NCBI GenBank assembly: GCA_010093705.1
Contig: MU006098.1
Coordinates: forward strand, 479,981-543,980
Source of the DNA: Patellaria atrata CBS 101060
Lineage: Eukaryota
Length of the DNA: 64,000 bases
Direction: 5' to 3'
In this document: piece after piece, positions 50,200-64,000 of the stretch
Position numbering within the stretch: the first letter of the stretch is position 1
How the letters are laid out: every line of letters starts with the position of its first letter
Program-made: the position numbers and the translations under genes
Notes under the pieces: model-generated
The model's database searches: none
What the model was told of the DNA's origin: nothing
The model's input: the letters and a program-made list of their open reading frames with translations, nothing else

Positions 50200-52479
50200 G
50201 GTGGGCGAGCGCGTTTCGCAAGGTAGTGTTTTTGATGATGAGGAGCGGCGGGGTAGACACTCGGGTTGTCGGCCTCGTATGAATCAGAGAGGGCGTGAAT
50301 GACTGGTAATTGCTTCAACGTTAGCACTGGCGATGTGGCAGCAGACCTATCCGCACTGTCACGGGAGCTCTGATGGGGTCGAGGAGAGTTTGAGGGGCAT
50401 AATATTCGAGGTACTTACGTATTTGCCTAGACCTAGCACCTTCTTCTCCCCCGCAAATTCTCTTTCTTGATCGGTCTTTGTGCGATATGGACAATTCGGA
50501 TGGACTATCCTATTCGAAATGAGCTCCAAGTGAGTCTAAAAGGTGCCTTTTGGCTGTCCTGGGATCACGCGACGTCTAGCGAGAGTAATGGCACTTGCAA
50601 TGCTTAAAATGCTTTCCGGCGACTAAAGCGATGTGTGTCTGTAATGATCTCGCTGCACGAACCAGTATCGTCAGCTTTCCGTTGAGGTGGTTGTGGTTCG
50701 AGGTTGTGCCTAAAGAGAAAGCCTCGACAAAGTGGGACTTTCACCGCCGCAGCCAAGAAATTGACGGTGCAGCTTGATATAGGCGCCGGGAAGGCAAGCG
50801 ATAGAGCGTCGACGCGATGTAGAGGAGGAGAGCGAACGGGATACCTTGGTCAAGAGGTTTTGTTGGTGTCGGAGGATGTTGTTCAGGTGAAAGTGGTGAG
50901 ATGAGGCAATGCCGTGAGGATGTTTCACGTTCTGCTCTTTTGGGAAGTTTTGCGATGAGAGGCAGGAATGCTTTTGGCCCCCGCAAATTTTATCGCGTGG
51001 CCTTCAAAAATAGGAGCGAGTTTGTGTTTCTGACGGTGTGGATGATGGATGCAATAGCAGGACTGAGTGATGGATGTAAGCAGGAAAGGATTTTCGGAAA
51101 TTGGGGAGAGACGATGTGAGGTTTGCTTTGGGTTATTATTGGGAGTGGAGGAGTCGTGAAAAGACGTTCTTAGGCCTTGGAGGTTTTTAGTGGGTTGAAA
51201 GTTCTCCTTGCCTGTGGTTTCGTAAGGTGACAAATGGGGCTTCGTTTCAGTAGAGCTTACCAGTATTAGCGGCAAAAATCAGGGCTATTCGCGGTCTAGT
51301 GCCCCTTCAGTTCCCTTGTACGCCCAACGCCCAGGGGTGTTATGGAATATCAACCACCAAAAACCTAATAATATCACTTGTACACACTTTCCACTTACTG
51401 TACATTTATAAGTGGAAATATCTCCCGCACTCACTATTTAAGAATCGATCTACTCATTTTCCCCCGATATATATGGCTTGACATGCATGTATATCCCTCC
51501 TCCCCTTCTCCCCCCTTCTTTCTCCTAGCTTGCCACAAGACATCAAACACGCGATATCTACCTTCCAGACGCTTCTCTGCGCATTCGTGCATTTGTAACT
51601 CGACGTTCAAAAGACACAGGCGCTTCATACTTCGATGTACGGTATCTTAGATCTAGATGGAATGGCCCTTGACAACACGGCACGCTCCGTCATTGTGACA
51701 CCATAAGTAATATGCCTCCAAGACCCGTTGATGCACTCTTGTTACTTTTACCAAGAGAGACGCGTGTATCAACAGGCATACTACACATCGGGAAGGGAAC
51801 TGCAATGCTCGATCGGATAACATAGGGAGCCCGCCAACTCAATTAACGCAACCTATGCAAACCCACCATCACATGCACAAAATACAGCGCAAAGTTATTC
51901 AAGTATCAATAGAATATGAGTTCCTTGTCTTCCCCGTGGATAAGACAAAAATGCTATCAAACGACCATCCCAAAAAGCTCGCTTTCTATGATCCCTCACC
52001 TACAGAGCGTCAAAGAATAAGAATACCAGGAAATTCCTCCCCTACCGCAATAACAGAATAGCCAGTAATCTATACTTTTACAAGCGTCATGACTTGAAAA
52101 CTTCTCATCTGACAATAAGCGGCAGAATATGGCATAGCCAGATGCAAAACAGGGTAGAGAAAATAAAGGTCCAAGCAAAGCTTAGGGGAAAAGTTTGGGT
52201 ATGAAATACAATCAACAGGATACCACCCGGAGGTATCCTTTCGAACGCCAGACGCCGCTAAGATGATATCTTACACTGATCATGTTCTTATCCATTCCAA
52301 AAAGATGCTCTGTGGTTCGTAAACTCTGTTTCGTGAGAAGAGAGAAATGCAAGATATTTTGTGGTCATCACCTCAATTACTCCGGAAAAGGGTGACTTTG
52401 GTGTCGGAATATTTCGAGGGTGATGTTTATGATTCCACAGAGAAGTAATGGGTAAGAATAGTCGAAGATCCCTAATTCC

Positions 52480-55005
52480 TCAACCCAGAGACCGTCCTAC
52501 AGATATGATCCCTTGACTGGACGCCCTCGTGCTATTTGCGGGTGGCACAATTGATTGTGCCGGGTTTGCATCGTCTGCTCGATTCGAATCTCGAGGTTCC
52601 TCCCATGTTTCATCACCCAAAGCGCTCAACCAGCCATTACCTAAGTCACTTCGAAGAGCTTGTATCTTCTTTCTATAAGTGTCACTATTGACATTAACAT
52701 CCTGTGGAGACGCCGTAGAAGCGTTCGGAGCTGAAGTTTCGTCAACTTCACGGTTTGGGACACCAGATGTTGTTGCCGGGCCATCCGGTACTATAGACGG
52801 GCGATCTTGTGTAGGGAAAGACTGTTTCCGTGTAGGTGTAGCGTCGGGACTACCACCATATGTACTATCATCACTAATAGCAGGATGTGGTTGGATAGGC
52901 GGTAATTGTGGTACTAAGTATGTCGGTGGTGGGGTTTCAGCTTGCGAGAGTTCAACAATTCTCCGTTTCGGACCTTTCTTGCGCCTCTGGGAAAGACCTC
53001 CGGGATCGATTCCCCTACGATAATGTGATGCATCCTGGTTCACGGTGGACAAATGATCGGCTTGTAATGCTCGAGTAACAGCGGTGATAGGCTCTGGCGG
53101 GTTGGAAACATCATCTTCTGGAGGTGGTCTCATAACTGGCACGTTGACGGGTTCTGGAACGCGATCGACGAGCTGTTTCCGCTCAGCATACGCAGGACCT
53201 GTCGTATCGATTATTATATCATTCGCATGGCCGGGTGTTGAACGAAAAAGATTGAATATCGTGACTCTATAATTCGGATGAGTTTTCACAAATGGATTTT
53301 TGGTAACAAAGATCTCTGAGATCTCAGGGATACCTGTCAGCCGTGCAATTTCTGAAGGGTCAGCGATCTTGTTGTCTCTAAGGTCCAATCGTTCAAGAGA
53401 AAAGAGCCTTTGTATGCCTGCAATAGATATCAAGCGATTGGACCTGAGATTCAATGTAGTGATGGCAGGGAGCGGATTTCTTCCAAGCGAATGGAGAGAT
53501 TCAATCATGCAGTTTGACAAGTTCAAAGCCCTCAGAGAGACTAGAGTCGCCAAACTATCCGGTATCTCAGCGAAATGATTAGATGATAGATCAAGCGAAT
53601 GCAATGTATTTACGAGTGGGCTCAAGCTTGACGCGGATATAGATGTGAGGCCATTGTCTGCTAGACTCAGATGGCGTAAAAATCGCCATTTGGTGGATGG
53701 GACGAGACCTAAGGAGAGGAGATTTGAGGAGCTGCCTCTGGGAGTATTGGATTTGACACTAGAGCCGGAACTACCAGACGAGCGCCTAAGTTGGGAGGCA
53801 CTACCTCTTCCATGACTATGAGCGGATCCATGCCGCGAACTGGATGGCCGTGAAGGCGAACTACTCCTGTGTCGCATCTTATTGGATTTTGAGTTTAGGG
53901 AATTATTTCTCAACAACATTGCAGACTGTGGACTACCCACTGAGCCTCGTCGATCCGCGATGGTTGGTGAGTCTGGATAAGATTCAGATCTGGCCAATTC
54001 GACCTGTTTGGGGGTCGGGCTTGCAGCTGGCCAAGGGATCACTGGAGACGCTTGTCCTTTTGCTGATCGTCTCCTTCTTTTGTCCATGTCATCTAAAACG
54101 ACATTGATCAATATATCTGCAGGATCATCAACACCGGCCCGCTTTACGGTTAGACTTCGAAGACCCTCTGCTAAGACATCCCAACCAAAGAATTGGCGAA
54201 AATCGACATCATAGATTTCGAGGGCACTTAGATTTTTAAACACGAATAGCGGCACTGCCGTATCAAATGGGAATTCTTCGTAACCAGCGATAAGACGTGC
54301 TTTGTGATCAGGAGCAAGTCGTAGACAGGGGATTTTGGTGAAAGCGGAATAGAGATACCTTAAGTCTTCCTTGATGGCAGCCTTTTGCTTTTCTGTTTTG
54401 GTGGTAGAATTGGAAGAAAGACCAAAACTGGACCAGAGAGATGTCATTCCAGACATGACACTTCTGATACTTGAAATAGAATGTATAGAATCCCTGTCGG
54501 AATTTCGGCTCTTGTTACGCTGTGCACTGCTAAGGAAAGACACGTAGTTCGTGACGGCTGTATCGGAATGGATATTTTCAAGTCGCACATTCATAGGTCC
54601 AACTTGAACTGCGAGTTCTTCAAACCTGGAGAGAAGGTAGAAGAGGTGGTGCGGGGTCAAGGTAAGCTTTTGGGGCTTGATATTTTGGGAGGTAAAACTG
54701 AGGTACGGTAACGACAAGGCTGCTGCGAACGTACTTGAGCTGGAGATGGTGGTGCTCGAAGCAGAGGGAGAGCTTCCACTGATCGTTGGACTTGAGGCGC
54801 CATTATTCTGTTTGGAGTTCTGCCGTTGGAGTTGTAACGCATTTGCGAGCGCTTTCTCGTGCGTTCGTACGAAGTATGCAAGGTTCTATATGAGTAAACG
54901 ATTAGTTACATTGTTTCTTGAAGAAGAACCAGGCTGGATGGTGGAGCAAGAAGACTGATTCTTAGAATATACCTTTATGAACGCTTGCCCGTCCTCCGTG
55001 TCCAT
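52480..55005 (-). CDS. Leucine-rich repeat protein (nischarin/STK11IP-like fungal family), 2 exons
   Basis: Exon 1 is MDTEDGQAFIK (55005-54973). Intron 54972-54886. Exon 2 begins NLAYFVRTHEKALANAL and continues into the 745-aa ORF with LxxLxLxxN repeats and an NPF LRR cap. Confidence 0.88.
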
Positions 55006-58000
55006 GGCTCCTAGAACCATGACAATGTTTACTGCACTGACATTCCGGGCCACCCGGATAGTGTGTAAGTTTTCTAACGGTTAAGGCAGGTTGAAGGAAG
55101 AGGTGGAAGGGAGGTATGCTGTATGAAGGTGTACGCTCGGGCCGCTGGTGTGGTGTATAAGGCTTCTGAGACAACGTCCACACGCGGATATCCCCAATGA
55201 CTATTTCAGAACAAGTGCTGAGCAAAGCAAGTTAGTCATGATGATTGCGTAGAGTCTTTACCATTATAGAACTTCATACCTTGAATTGAGAGTTATACGC
55301 TTATACTTGTAGTAAATTGAAGCACCTGAGAAAAAAAAGAGATTGTGGGGTGAGCAAAGGGGAATTGTAGCAAAAAAGACGTCTGAGGTGCTCTCGCAAA
55401 TAAGACCAATAGATAGGCAAATTTTGAGGGACGGGCAGCGGATGCAGGCTGCAAGCGCCTCACGAATAGGTGTTGACGTTCCAGACACTGGAAGAGGCCG
55501 CAACCCACTAATTCTAAGCGCAAGAGCTGAACTGTTGCCGCTTTGTTTCCAATCAAATGCCAAATGGAATATAAGAAGTAGGGGAACGAAGCAGGTAAAA
55601 GATTCAGTTGTAAGCTTCCACGGAAAAAATCGAGGAGGTTAGGGAAATAGAAGAGTGGTTGATGATCCCCGCCAGAGTTGACGGACGTCGCGGACGGGGC
55701 ACAACGGCGTTGTTCGCGGAGGGGCTCAAAAACTTCCTTTTCAGTGAGGGTTATAGAACTGGAATAGACACTAAACGATGCAGAATGCCCCTTGGGTGCC
55801 TTGTCTTCCCGCTTGGAGAGTAAAGGTAAGTTTTAGCTTTTACTGCAGTTACAGTAACGTGTAAAACAAGTGTGATCTCCTAATGGTACGTTTCCCCAAG
55901 CGACAAGCGACGAGATACGATCCTCACAGATAACCTGCAGCACCACCTGATATAAAGGTAGGTCGGCAAAGAGGCAAAAGGGGAGGTAGGGGGGGGTTGT
56001 ATTGATGTAGACATACAGCAGGTATGATTAATGCAAAACCAAGTCTACCCCGTGTGAGAGGGAGGTGTGTTCTGGTGATCAACTTGAGTCGGAGGAAAGT
56101 CTTGAGTATGCATCCTCTACATCCTCTACATCCTCTTACATCCTCACCAACCCTCACCCCCTCCCCACTCCCCTCGAGTTTTTGATAACTTGCAGTCGTA
56201 CTTATCCAATCACAGCGTCGAGAAGCTCCCGCCCATTCTTGCGGCGCTATGCTTCGCATGCATCAGTTTGTTTTAGCGTAGAGCAAGCTACTCCCAACTT
56301 CAACTCCAAACACTCTCATATACTGTGCTGTCATACAGATCTTCCTCCCGACCGTCATCGACACTTGAACCTCCACTCGGCTCGCTCGGCGGGGAGAACT
56401 CCTTCACATATGGATTGACAATAATCATCTTCTCATTTCGTCCTTCTCCTCTTTTCAACAACGACACTTCTTCTTTTTGCATAATCCATTATTCAAAACG
56501 GGCTTCCAACTCAGCTTTCTCACCGCTAAGCGTTTCGACATCTCATGTATATGGATGGCTATCTCAAGCAGACCAAGAACATACCCTATCCTTGCCGCAT
56601 TCCGTTCAGAGTAAGCCAAACCATCTCTGGTGTAGCCTTAGCTCATGCATGAGGTTTCTGCTTGTCTTCGCCCTCTGGCCGTCATCTCAAACCCACATCA
56701 ATCAGGGGGACCGTGGGCCAATAATGCTTCCAAACATATTCCACATAGATCATCATGGAAGTCCTGTAGCTCGAGTGAATTTACACGAAGGAAGCAAGGG
56801 ACGCGAGGAGCCGAGGACGTTTTAAGAATGACTTATCTAAGACACCACTGAGTAGTGATTGACGTTACTGACCCATTCCGTCAGTGGAGATTACTGAATG
56901 AGGACGAGGCCACTGTCATGCTTATAACTTCTTCAGACCATACCGTTACACAGACGCGCTCTCATGTCTCTCCGCAAAATTATCACATGGGGGCGCACGG
57001 ACCTTGTCCATGATAGTGGAACGCGCGATGAGAATACTGCGAAGAGAAAGACCCTGAGGCGGATGAGGTTGCCGGGATACAAGAGATGGCGTTAATCTCA
57101 TGCCTCGAAAAGATCTAAGCGACGGCCTTATCATCCGTAAGAATTGCTCTTGCAAAAATAATGTTTCTCCTACGCCTCCCACATCTCACAAACTCAAACT
57201 CTATCTGGATGTTACTTTGAACAGATCTCACACCTTAGATTAATAGGCTCTATATGCCGCATGATCTATAATGTGGGGTGCGGCTACCGCGCTGGTACTC
57301 AACTTTCCCGGTCCCTTTGTTTATCATGTCCCGTTTCACTCCCCTGTGCAGCACTTACTACTATTCTCTAGGACCATCACTCTCCTTGGGGCGAATAATA
57401 ATGGATTGTCCCACCGTGATGGAACCCCAGCGAGCTCTTTCGGGCGCTGACGGGGCACGATTCGTTCCCCTTCACACTTCAGCTGCGTAATGACATAATT
57501 CGGTCTCTGCACAGTTAGTGTGAACTCCGGTGCGGATTGAACTGTGATTCAACTATCAAGACACAAATTATGATACTCAATGGGTTTCTCGTCGTCTTCA
57601 GTATCTTCCACTTTCCACTCCGAAATATCAGTTTTACACACTAGACTTAGGAAATGGGGCATTTTATTCCGGCGGAAACTTGCCGCGCTTCGTTCCATCC
57701 CACTTTCCTCTTTGGCATTAGGCTCACGTTGATCCGAAATGCGGATCAGTTGGTTTTTAGTTCTAACCGAAGTCGCTAGTTCTAACCCTAACCCTGTTCA
57801 ACCTCACCCTAACTTGAACTCGAGATAGTATTAGCTTATGACGATACCCCATTCTCGCTATCGTAAACGAAAGCTTGATCACTATCCGGCTATCCGGTCC
57901 TATATCAAATTCACTTCCGCCAGCCAGTAGAGCTGAACCTTTCGTCAACATCGCCTCAGGGAAAGGGCGAAGCATAACTTGATTTTCCCTTCGCCAACAG

Positions 58001-59699
58001 CTGTATGTTTCCAAAACAGGTCACTTCATCACAGTATTATCCAGTCGTTGTATAGATTAATCTAGCGACGGGCAAGTAACCATCTTCATACTTGTATGCA
58101 TATACACTGTCATATCCTATTCTGAAGTAATTCAAACTTTCTCGTCAGTTGGAGAGTAAAAGCTCAAGGGTAAAGCAATATAATAGATATCTTACAAACC
58201 AGAAAGATACGTTTTCTACTTTAGTTCTCTCTTTTCAAGTTCAAGTTCTACGCGTGATCAATTTTTCCAAGTCAATACAATCCCAACAGTCTGTAACACC
58301 TCGATGGGGTACTTCATGCAGATCTCAAGTATCAGATCCGGATAACACGGGTGAAGACACTTTACGGGAACTCAATCATAAATCTTTGTATTTGCAATCA
58401 TCACTTCCCCTCGCCATCTGTCACAAGTCGAAACCTACCTGACGACACTTTCAAGTATCGCTGTTCTTTTTGAATGTCAAAGAAATATGGGCGAACTCTT
58501 CAAGGTCTCTTTTGCTCTCTTCTCTCTAAAGGCGACAGAGTAGAGTCTAGAATCACCCAGGAACGGGAACCTATAGCTAACGCTTCCGGCCTCCTTCTAT
58601 TCCTATTACACATCCCCGTTTCTATTTGAATTCTATTGTCCCTATATTACCAGCGACATTATGTAGAATATCATAAACGATTATACGATGGATCACAAGA
58701 GAATATGAGAGTGTAATATCATATAGCAGGTGGAGAGAATTCAATAAGTCTCATCCTTTTTCTCCTTTCCTTATTGTATACGTCAAATAATAAGTCACGG
58801 GTGAAATACACACTCCTCATCCACTACCCTATTACTCCCCAAGCACGCCGTACTCTCCCCAGTAAATCCCAGCTCTCCTTAAACTCTTTTGCAGTGCTTC
58901 CGAATTCAGCTTATCCAGCTACGTCCATCGCCTTAACAGACTAGACAAGAACTCGGTCAGAAAGAGGAAGGGATATCTCACTCCCACGAGCAATAAAAGC
59001 GTAAAGTTGAACAGAAAAGAAAGTAAAAATTACCAAAAGAGTACACTTATCTTTCTTCAAGGGCAAGGGCCAGGAATCCCCGCCCGAGTTGGCTTTTGCT
59101 TCATCTTCGTGCTATGGTGAAGTCGGTTGGTGAGACTCGGATAATGGACTAAGGAAATATGGTGCTTTGGTATCGCATTGGGAGGGGATGTGGCGGATCG
59201 ATTTATTTGAGAGTGTTGTTTACGGAAAGTTACCTGCTATAGGGGTTTGGATACGTTAGTAGGTACGGTTATTATAATGTTGGGGATCATCGAATGTGTT
59301 TTTGCTTCATATGGGTTATATTGGAGAGCATCGTATTATCTGATTACGCCATTTCCTTGAGATACTCTCTAGTAAACAGCGGTACGAGCTGATGCGCTTA
59401 AACTGACCTTTGCGAAGCATTTCCACTTTGGTATGTCGTTCGTCTTATCCCTCTGAAAGTTAGTCTAAGGGATGTTACTTCATGTCGGTCATTATCATTA
59501 ATTTCGCTGCTGTACTGCCCATGTTGATTATATCTAAAGAGTTAGCTCATTTTGAAATCTATATTTATGCAATACCTTTACTGCATAAGGGACGTAACTC
59601 TTTTTTGAATGCATTCCAGCGAGATTGATTTCCACATTGGTGCTTTACCTATACAGTACGCTCAGTCCCGATGTACATCCCAGTTATTCTTCCCGGATC

Positions 59700-60726
59700 T
59701 CAACCAGCCAGAGCCACTCTCAAGATGCAGGAACCATTTCCTCTCCTCGTTCGCTCGATGACTATGGCTTCTTCGATATTGGATTGAACCTCTCCGGAGT
59801 CCCCGGTTTTGGCAACGTTTTCCGGAAGGTATGTCAGGTCGTTTTGAAACTCTGCGATATTACCGGCAATATGTTTCGTGGCTTCTGAGTATATATCATA
59901 ACTGTGCAGACCTGTCCCAATATGTGCGAAACCTCTTGGATGTTCTGAGATGCAACGCCATATCGCATGCTATCGAAGGAACATCCAAGATATCGAAATC
60001 CGTAATTCATCAAGCAACCCGTAATAATCGGCCAGTGCCGTCAGCTCCGCCATGCAATTGAGGTATTCAATAGCGCTCCACGAGGCTATAACCGTCCCTA
60101 GACCGTAGAGGAGTCTAAAGAGAAGCTTGTGAGATACAATAGAGTATCGTAGATAGTCCTCTTGTGTTATCTTCTGATCTTCAAATGACTACCAACTATC
60201 TTGTCTGCTAGATAGTGATTCAAAGAAGAACTGGAATTTGCTACTAGAAGTATCGTCCTCACCGTTCGTCAGATTAGTTGTTTCCGGGTTTGTTGGTCTC
60301 TGCATGAGCATATTAGTTTTGACCCCTTTTATCTCCTAGGGGAAGCTGCGGTCTATCTCTGTAGTGAGTAGATAATATAAAAACCCATTACGCTGAACGT
60401 CCGAGTCCGACAGTGCAACTTGCTCCTGCCCTTGAGCTATCGACGGTAAGTCGATAGGTCGTTATAGAAGTGGATTCTTCAGTTAAAGGATCTTCGACTG
60501 CATTCCTATCAAGACACTGGTTCCAACCCCCGTTTAGACCTCCGGCAAAGAAAAAGTATTCCTTCAGTAATCCTGAAGGAAAGAGGAACTGATTCCCCGG
60601 AGTGTCGGAAATGCAGGTGCGTACATCTCCGTTAACTACTTGAAGAGGATCAAGCTCGATTTCAAAAACAGGCGAATTCTGGTCTATAGTTGCGCCATGG
60701 TTGACACGATCCATTGCTTCCGCCAT
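59700..60726 (-). pseudogene. Disabled tandem paralog of the 62114-63978 gene
   Basis: ELDPLQVVNGDVRTCISDTPGNQFLFPSGLLKEYFFFAGGLNGGWN and YSIVSHKLLFRLLYGL...LADYYGLLDELR...*HAIWRCISEHP...YDIYSEATKHIAGN align by eye with the neighbour. In-frame TAG at 59972-59970 where the paralog has Trp, and another TAG at 60191-60189. Similarity is lost after about 59760. Confidence 0.75.
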
Positions 60727-62113
60727 GACACAGATATATAATTGATAAATAATGAATCAGAGTTGATTAGGTACCATGGTTGAACTGTATTTATATAGGT
60801 GTTTGAAGTGCTGTTATAATAATATATCGTGTGGGCAAATATAGAAGGGGAGAGACTAAAGAGAAAAGAGTACGACCCGGACGTATATCCAACTCGGGGG
60901 TTACTTCGGTTTGGACCGACTGATGCAGGTTTCCCACATGGAAAGACTTGATACACCTCGCTGCAAAAGTGCACGTAGCTGTAACAACACCATTGCACAA
61001 TGTTTCATTTGAGGATCATTCACTGTCCACCTCCGAAACTGAGCGTGACATACCGATAATGAGCACCGGAATTAAATAGCAGAGAGAGTCAGGTCACCGT
61101 CGATGTAAAAGGGGTCATGACGATAACCTAATACACCTGAACATGCTTTTATATACGTAGGGGTACTAACTGGGCAGAATAGTTAAGCAAACTGCGTCAT
61201 TGAATTTGACATCAATTATCCAAACACTAAACTTGCCTGATGAACAGTCCCATATTGACCAATAGGTAGTTAGCAACTTAGTGGGCTCCTGTGTTTGTTG
61301 TCCAACTAATGCAAGGCCAATCGATATACCTTATTGAAAACTACCTAGCACCATACTCTGCATGACCAAGCGACAAGACTTCGAATTCTCGGTAAAGAGA
61401 TTGGCTATAGGTGTGATAAGATAATCTTTTGATGGCCTTCTAGTAAATGGATATCGCTGGATGTGGAGTGTAATAACAGGCAAAATTGATAGAGGTAAAA
61501 ACACCGCGGAATCGAGAAATGTCTGTCGTATGGACATACCAACCACTTATTCCGAACCATTACGCTTTCATAAGATACAGGCAGAGTGTTAGCATGAGGG
61601 CTGACTGGGAATCGTTAAGATGATCACCTCTTGAAGCTGTGGTGGAGGAGGATGATCCAAAAATGTGAAGGAATTCGGTCAGGAGAGGTTGATGCTAAGA
61701 CACTGAATTTGATAGAGGGTAAATCTCCGCCCCGCTCCTCATCTCCGCCAAAACACAACCCGAAAGAATGACTGGAATGATATCGCACTGTGCGTATTGA
61801 CGTCGTCCAGGAACTGTGGCTCGCAGATGTACTGGCGTGAACGGCAGCTGCAGGCATGATCATGACATGTTGGCAATCGCTAAATGTGTTGTTCAGTTGT
61901 TGTATCATGAGTTATACCGGAGCACACTGTCTCATCTACTATACTAATAAACCTAAGATATACACCTAAGGGTTTACTTCCTTCTCTAACCTGACTTAAT
62001 CTTACAACCCAAACTGATGCAAGGTAGTCATCCATGCGGAACTAAACCGTACGAACTGGTCCTTGGACTACATGGAATCCGTGTGAAGTGGCCTTCCGCT
62101 TTGGTAAGTGATT

Positions 62114-63978
62114 TCATTGTCGTCCATCGAACATTTCGACTAACGATAGCCACTCCTTAGTAGCCATGACCATCATCTCTCCTCGAGCTTTACAAGCATC
62201 TACGCTCTGCTGACTGTTCTCGTCGGAGAAGTAGTCGCAGTTTTCCCGCGTAATGTTGACATTGGTAAAGTATGGTTTCCACTTTCTATTATACCTTGCC
62301 GGCTCGATGTATCGAAATATCCCTCTAATAGCGTCTCTCGCCGCATGGAGCAGACCTACAAGCTCCTTGTGAAGTTCCTGTTCCGCCACATCGTAACTTC
62401 CTTGTGTAGTCAGTTTAAAGGTTCTCTGAAGTACAGCAGCTGCGTAGCGCCCGAAACAGGATGTATCGTTCCCATCCGCGTGTTTTTTGATCATGTTACA
62501 TGTTTTGCAAAGAAGCCTTTCTCAGTGCGTTAGTCGAAGACGATATGAGCAGGTGGGACGCAAATGCCACTTACGCCATCTGTAGCCACTCCTGACTAAC
62601 GAGAGAGGTGCATTGTTCCTCACTCCTAGTAGATATCCCGCTGAGGTGTCGGGCTAGAAATTCGTTAAAGACACCTCTCGCAATGAAGGATATACGATGC
62701 GCGTCGGTGATCCTCCCTTTACACTCCATGAACATTGCTTTCTTTTCAACAATCCAGACAGTCTTCCCGGACTGGCTCTCGTGCTCAAACTCGCCCGTAG
62801 TGAGGCAGAGCTTGTTGAATTCGACTCTGATTTGGTTTGCCATTTGACGTAATTCAGCACACCGCTGTTCGAGAAACATAGCTTCCTTGAGCCCGAACTC
62901 TGTGTCATTCGCATCTTGCTCTTCACATATATTCTTGCAATAGCTTAAAAGGGGCCCTTCATCTCGAAATCCATTGCCAGCCTGGTGTTTTAGAGCATCC
63001 GCATATATATCAAAGGATCGAAGGGTGCGCCCTATGTAGTTAAAAATATGCGGCCAGCAGGATACGGCATACCAAATTTGTGGCCAGTCTAAGATCAATT
63101 TCTTAATCGGTCCTCGCAAGTCGCTTAGAAGCCCATAGAAGTCGGCAAGTGATATAACCTCCAACATACAACGGAAAAACTCGGCCGAGTTCCATCGTTT
63201 TAATACTACATCGAGGCCATAAAGAAGCCTAAAAATTATCTTATGCGCCGTGATGGAACACCTCTCATAGTCATCGCGGTAGATATAAGCTAACGGATGA
63301 TCATAAGGTACTTCAAGAGCTATTATAGAGTTATGAAAATGCATATAGTCCAGTCTTCGCCCAGCATGCGTTTCATAGTGGAATTGGCGGTGTAAATGGA
63401 CATCCATAGGTTTCTAGATTACCCTTGTTAGTGCACGCGCGTCAGATAGTGTGTGCTGGGATTATTACCTCAGCGGTAAGCTGGTAATATGTAGGTACTC
63501 TCTCGTTTGGTAATTCGTCTTCTTCCCAAGGAAAATACCAGTCATTTGGAGGTTCCAGACTCTTCATTATGTCAAATTCTTTCTTTGACCTGTCAGTAGA
63601 GAGGCAATATTTTGTAAGGACTACCCCATGATAATTCCCTGATGCTCTGACTTCTTTTGTATCAAGGAGAGCCCTATTCCAATATCCTTTGAAAGCCCCT
63701 GCGAAGAATGAATATGATTTCAATATATCTGACGAGAGAAGAAGCTGGTCTTCCGGTAGGCTTGACAGCGATATCAGAACATCTCCCTTATCGATTCTAA
63801 CGGGGTCGAGTGTGACTATCCAGGGGATATGATTCTTGTCTTCTAATGGACGCAAATCAGGGTCGAGGTGCGAAAGAGGCAGTTGGCCGTCGACAGATTT
63901 ATCTTGATTGCGGTCTATATCTGCAATTTTAGGGAATTCATCGGTACCGAGACTATTTGGTCCTACAATACTAGACAT
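62114..63978 (-). CDS. Fungal BTB/POZ-like domain protein (tentative domain call), about 3 exons
   Basis: ORFs 63442-63978, 62571-63407 and 62114-62494 are separated by GT...CTAAC...AG introns. GDVLISL...LLLSSDILKSYSFFAG and AHKIIFRLLYG...LADFYG resemble divergent fungal BTB-like proteins. Confidence 0.7.
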
Positions 63979-64000
63979 GTTGAATGCAGCAGGCGGGTGT

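Noticed and set aside
57772..57813. Telomere-like TAACCCTAACCCT hexamers
   Set aside because: Only about two perfect units. Too short to call an interstitial telomere or a telomerase RNA template without covariance evidence.

Overview
Gene-dense chromosomal segment of a filamentous ascomycete (Pezizomycotina-type short GT-AG introns with CTRAC/CTAAT branch sites). It carries about 20 genes, most on the minus strand. Housekeeping genes: probable VPS5 (5' part only), QRI7, SAR1, PRI2, PHO13, CDH1, APE4 and GLC7/bimG. Secreted or lipid enzymes: GH3 beta-glucosidase, Candida rugosa-type lipase, patatin lipase and an AA16 LPMO-family protein. Also present are two F-box-like genes, an RRM/RGG RNA-binding protein, an LRR protein, conserved hypotheticals, and a tandem pair of BTB-like genes in which one copy is a pseudogene. 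There is a 100-N scaffold gap at 40811-40910. I found no convincing new multi-gene system. The most unusual signals, all derived by hand, are: (1) a SAR1 gene split into 14 exons, including 10- and 11-nt micro-exons, that the ORF track misses; (2) an intron whose 5' splice site can base-pair with its own branch-point region; (3) four fixed-spacing TTTGTT-N7-GGYAA motifs upstream of an uncharacterised gene; (4) a RIP-like mutated, TA-flanked element with terminal inverted repeats, next to a small fold-back element. Family assignments come from motif recognition only; no searches were run.
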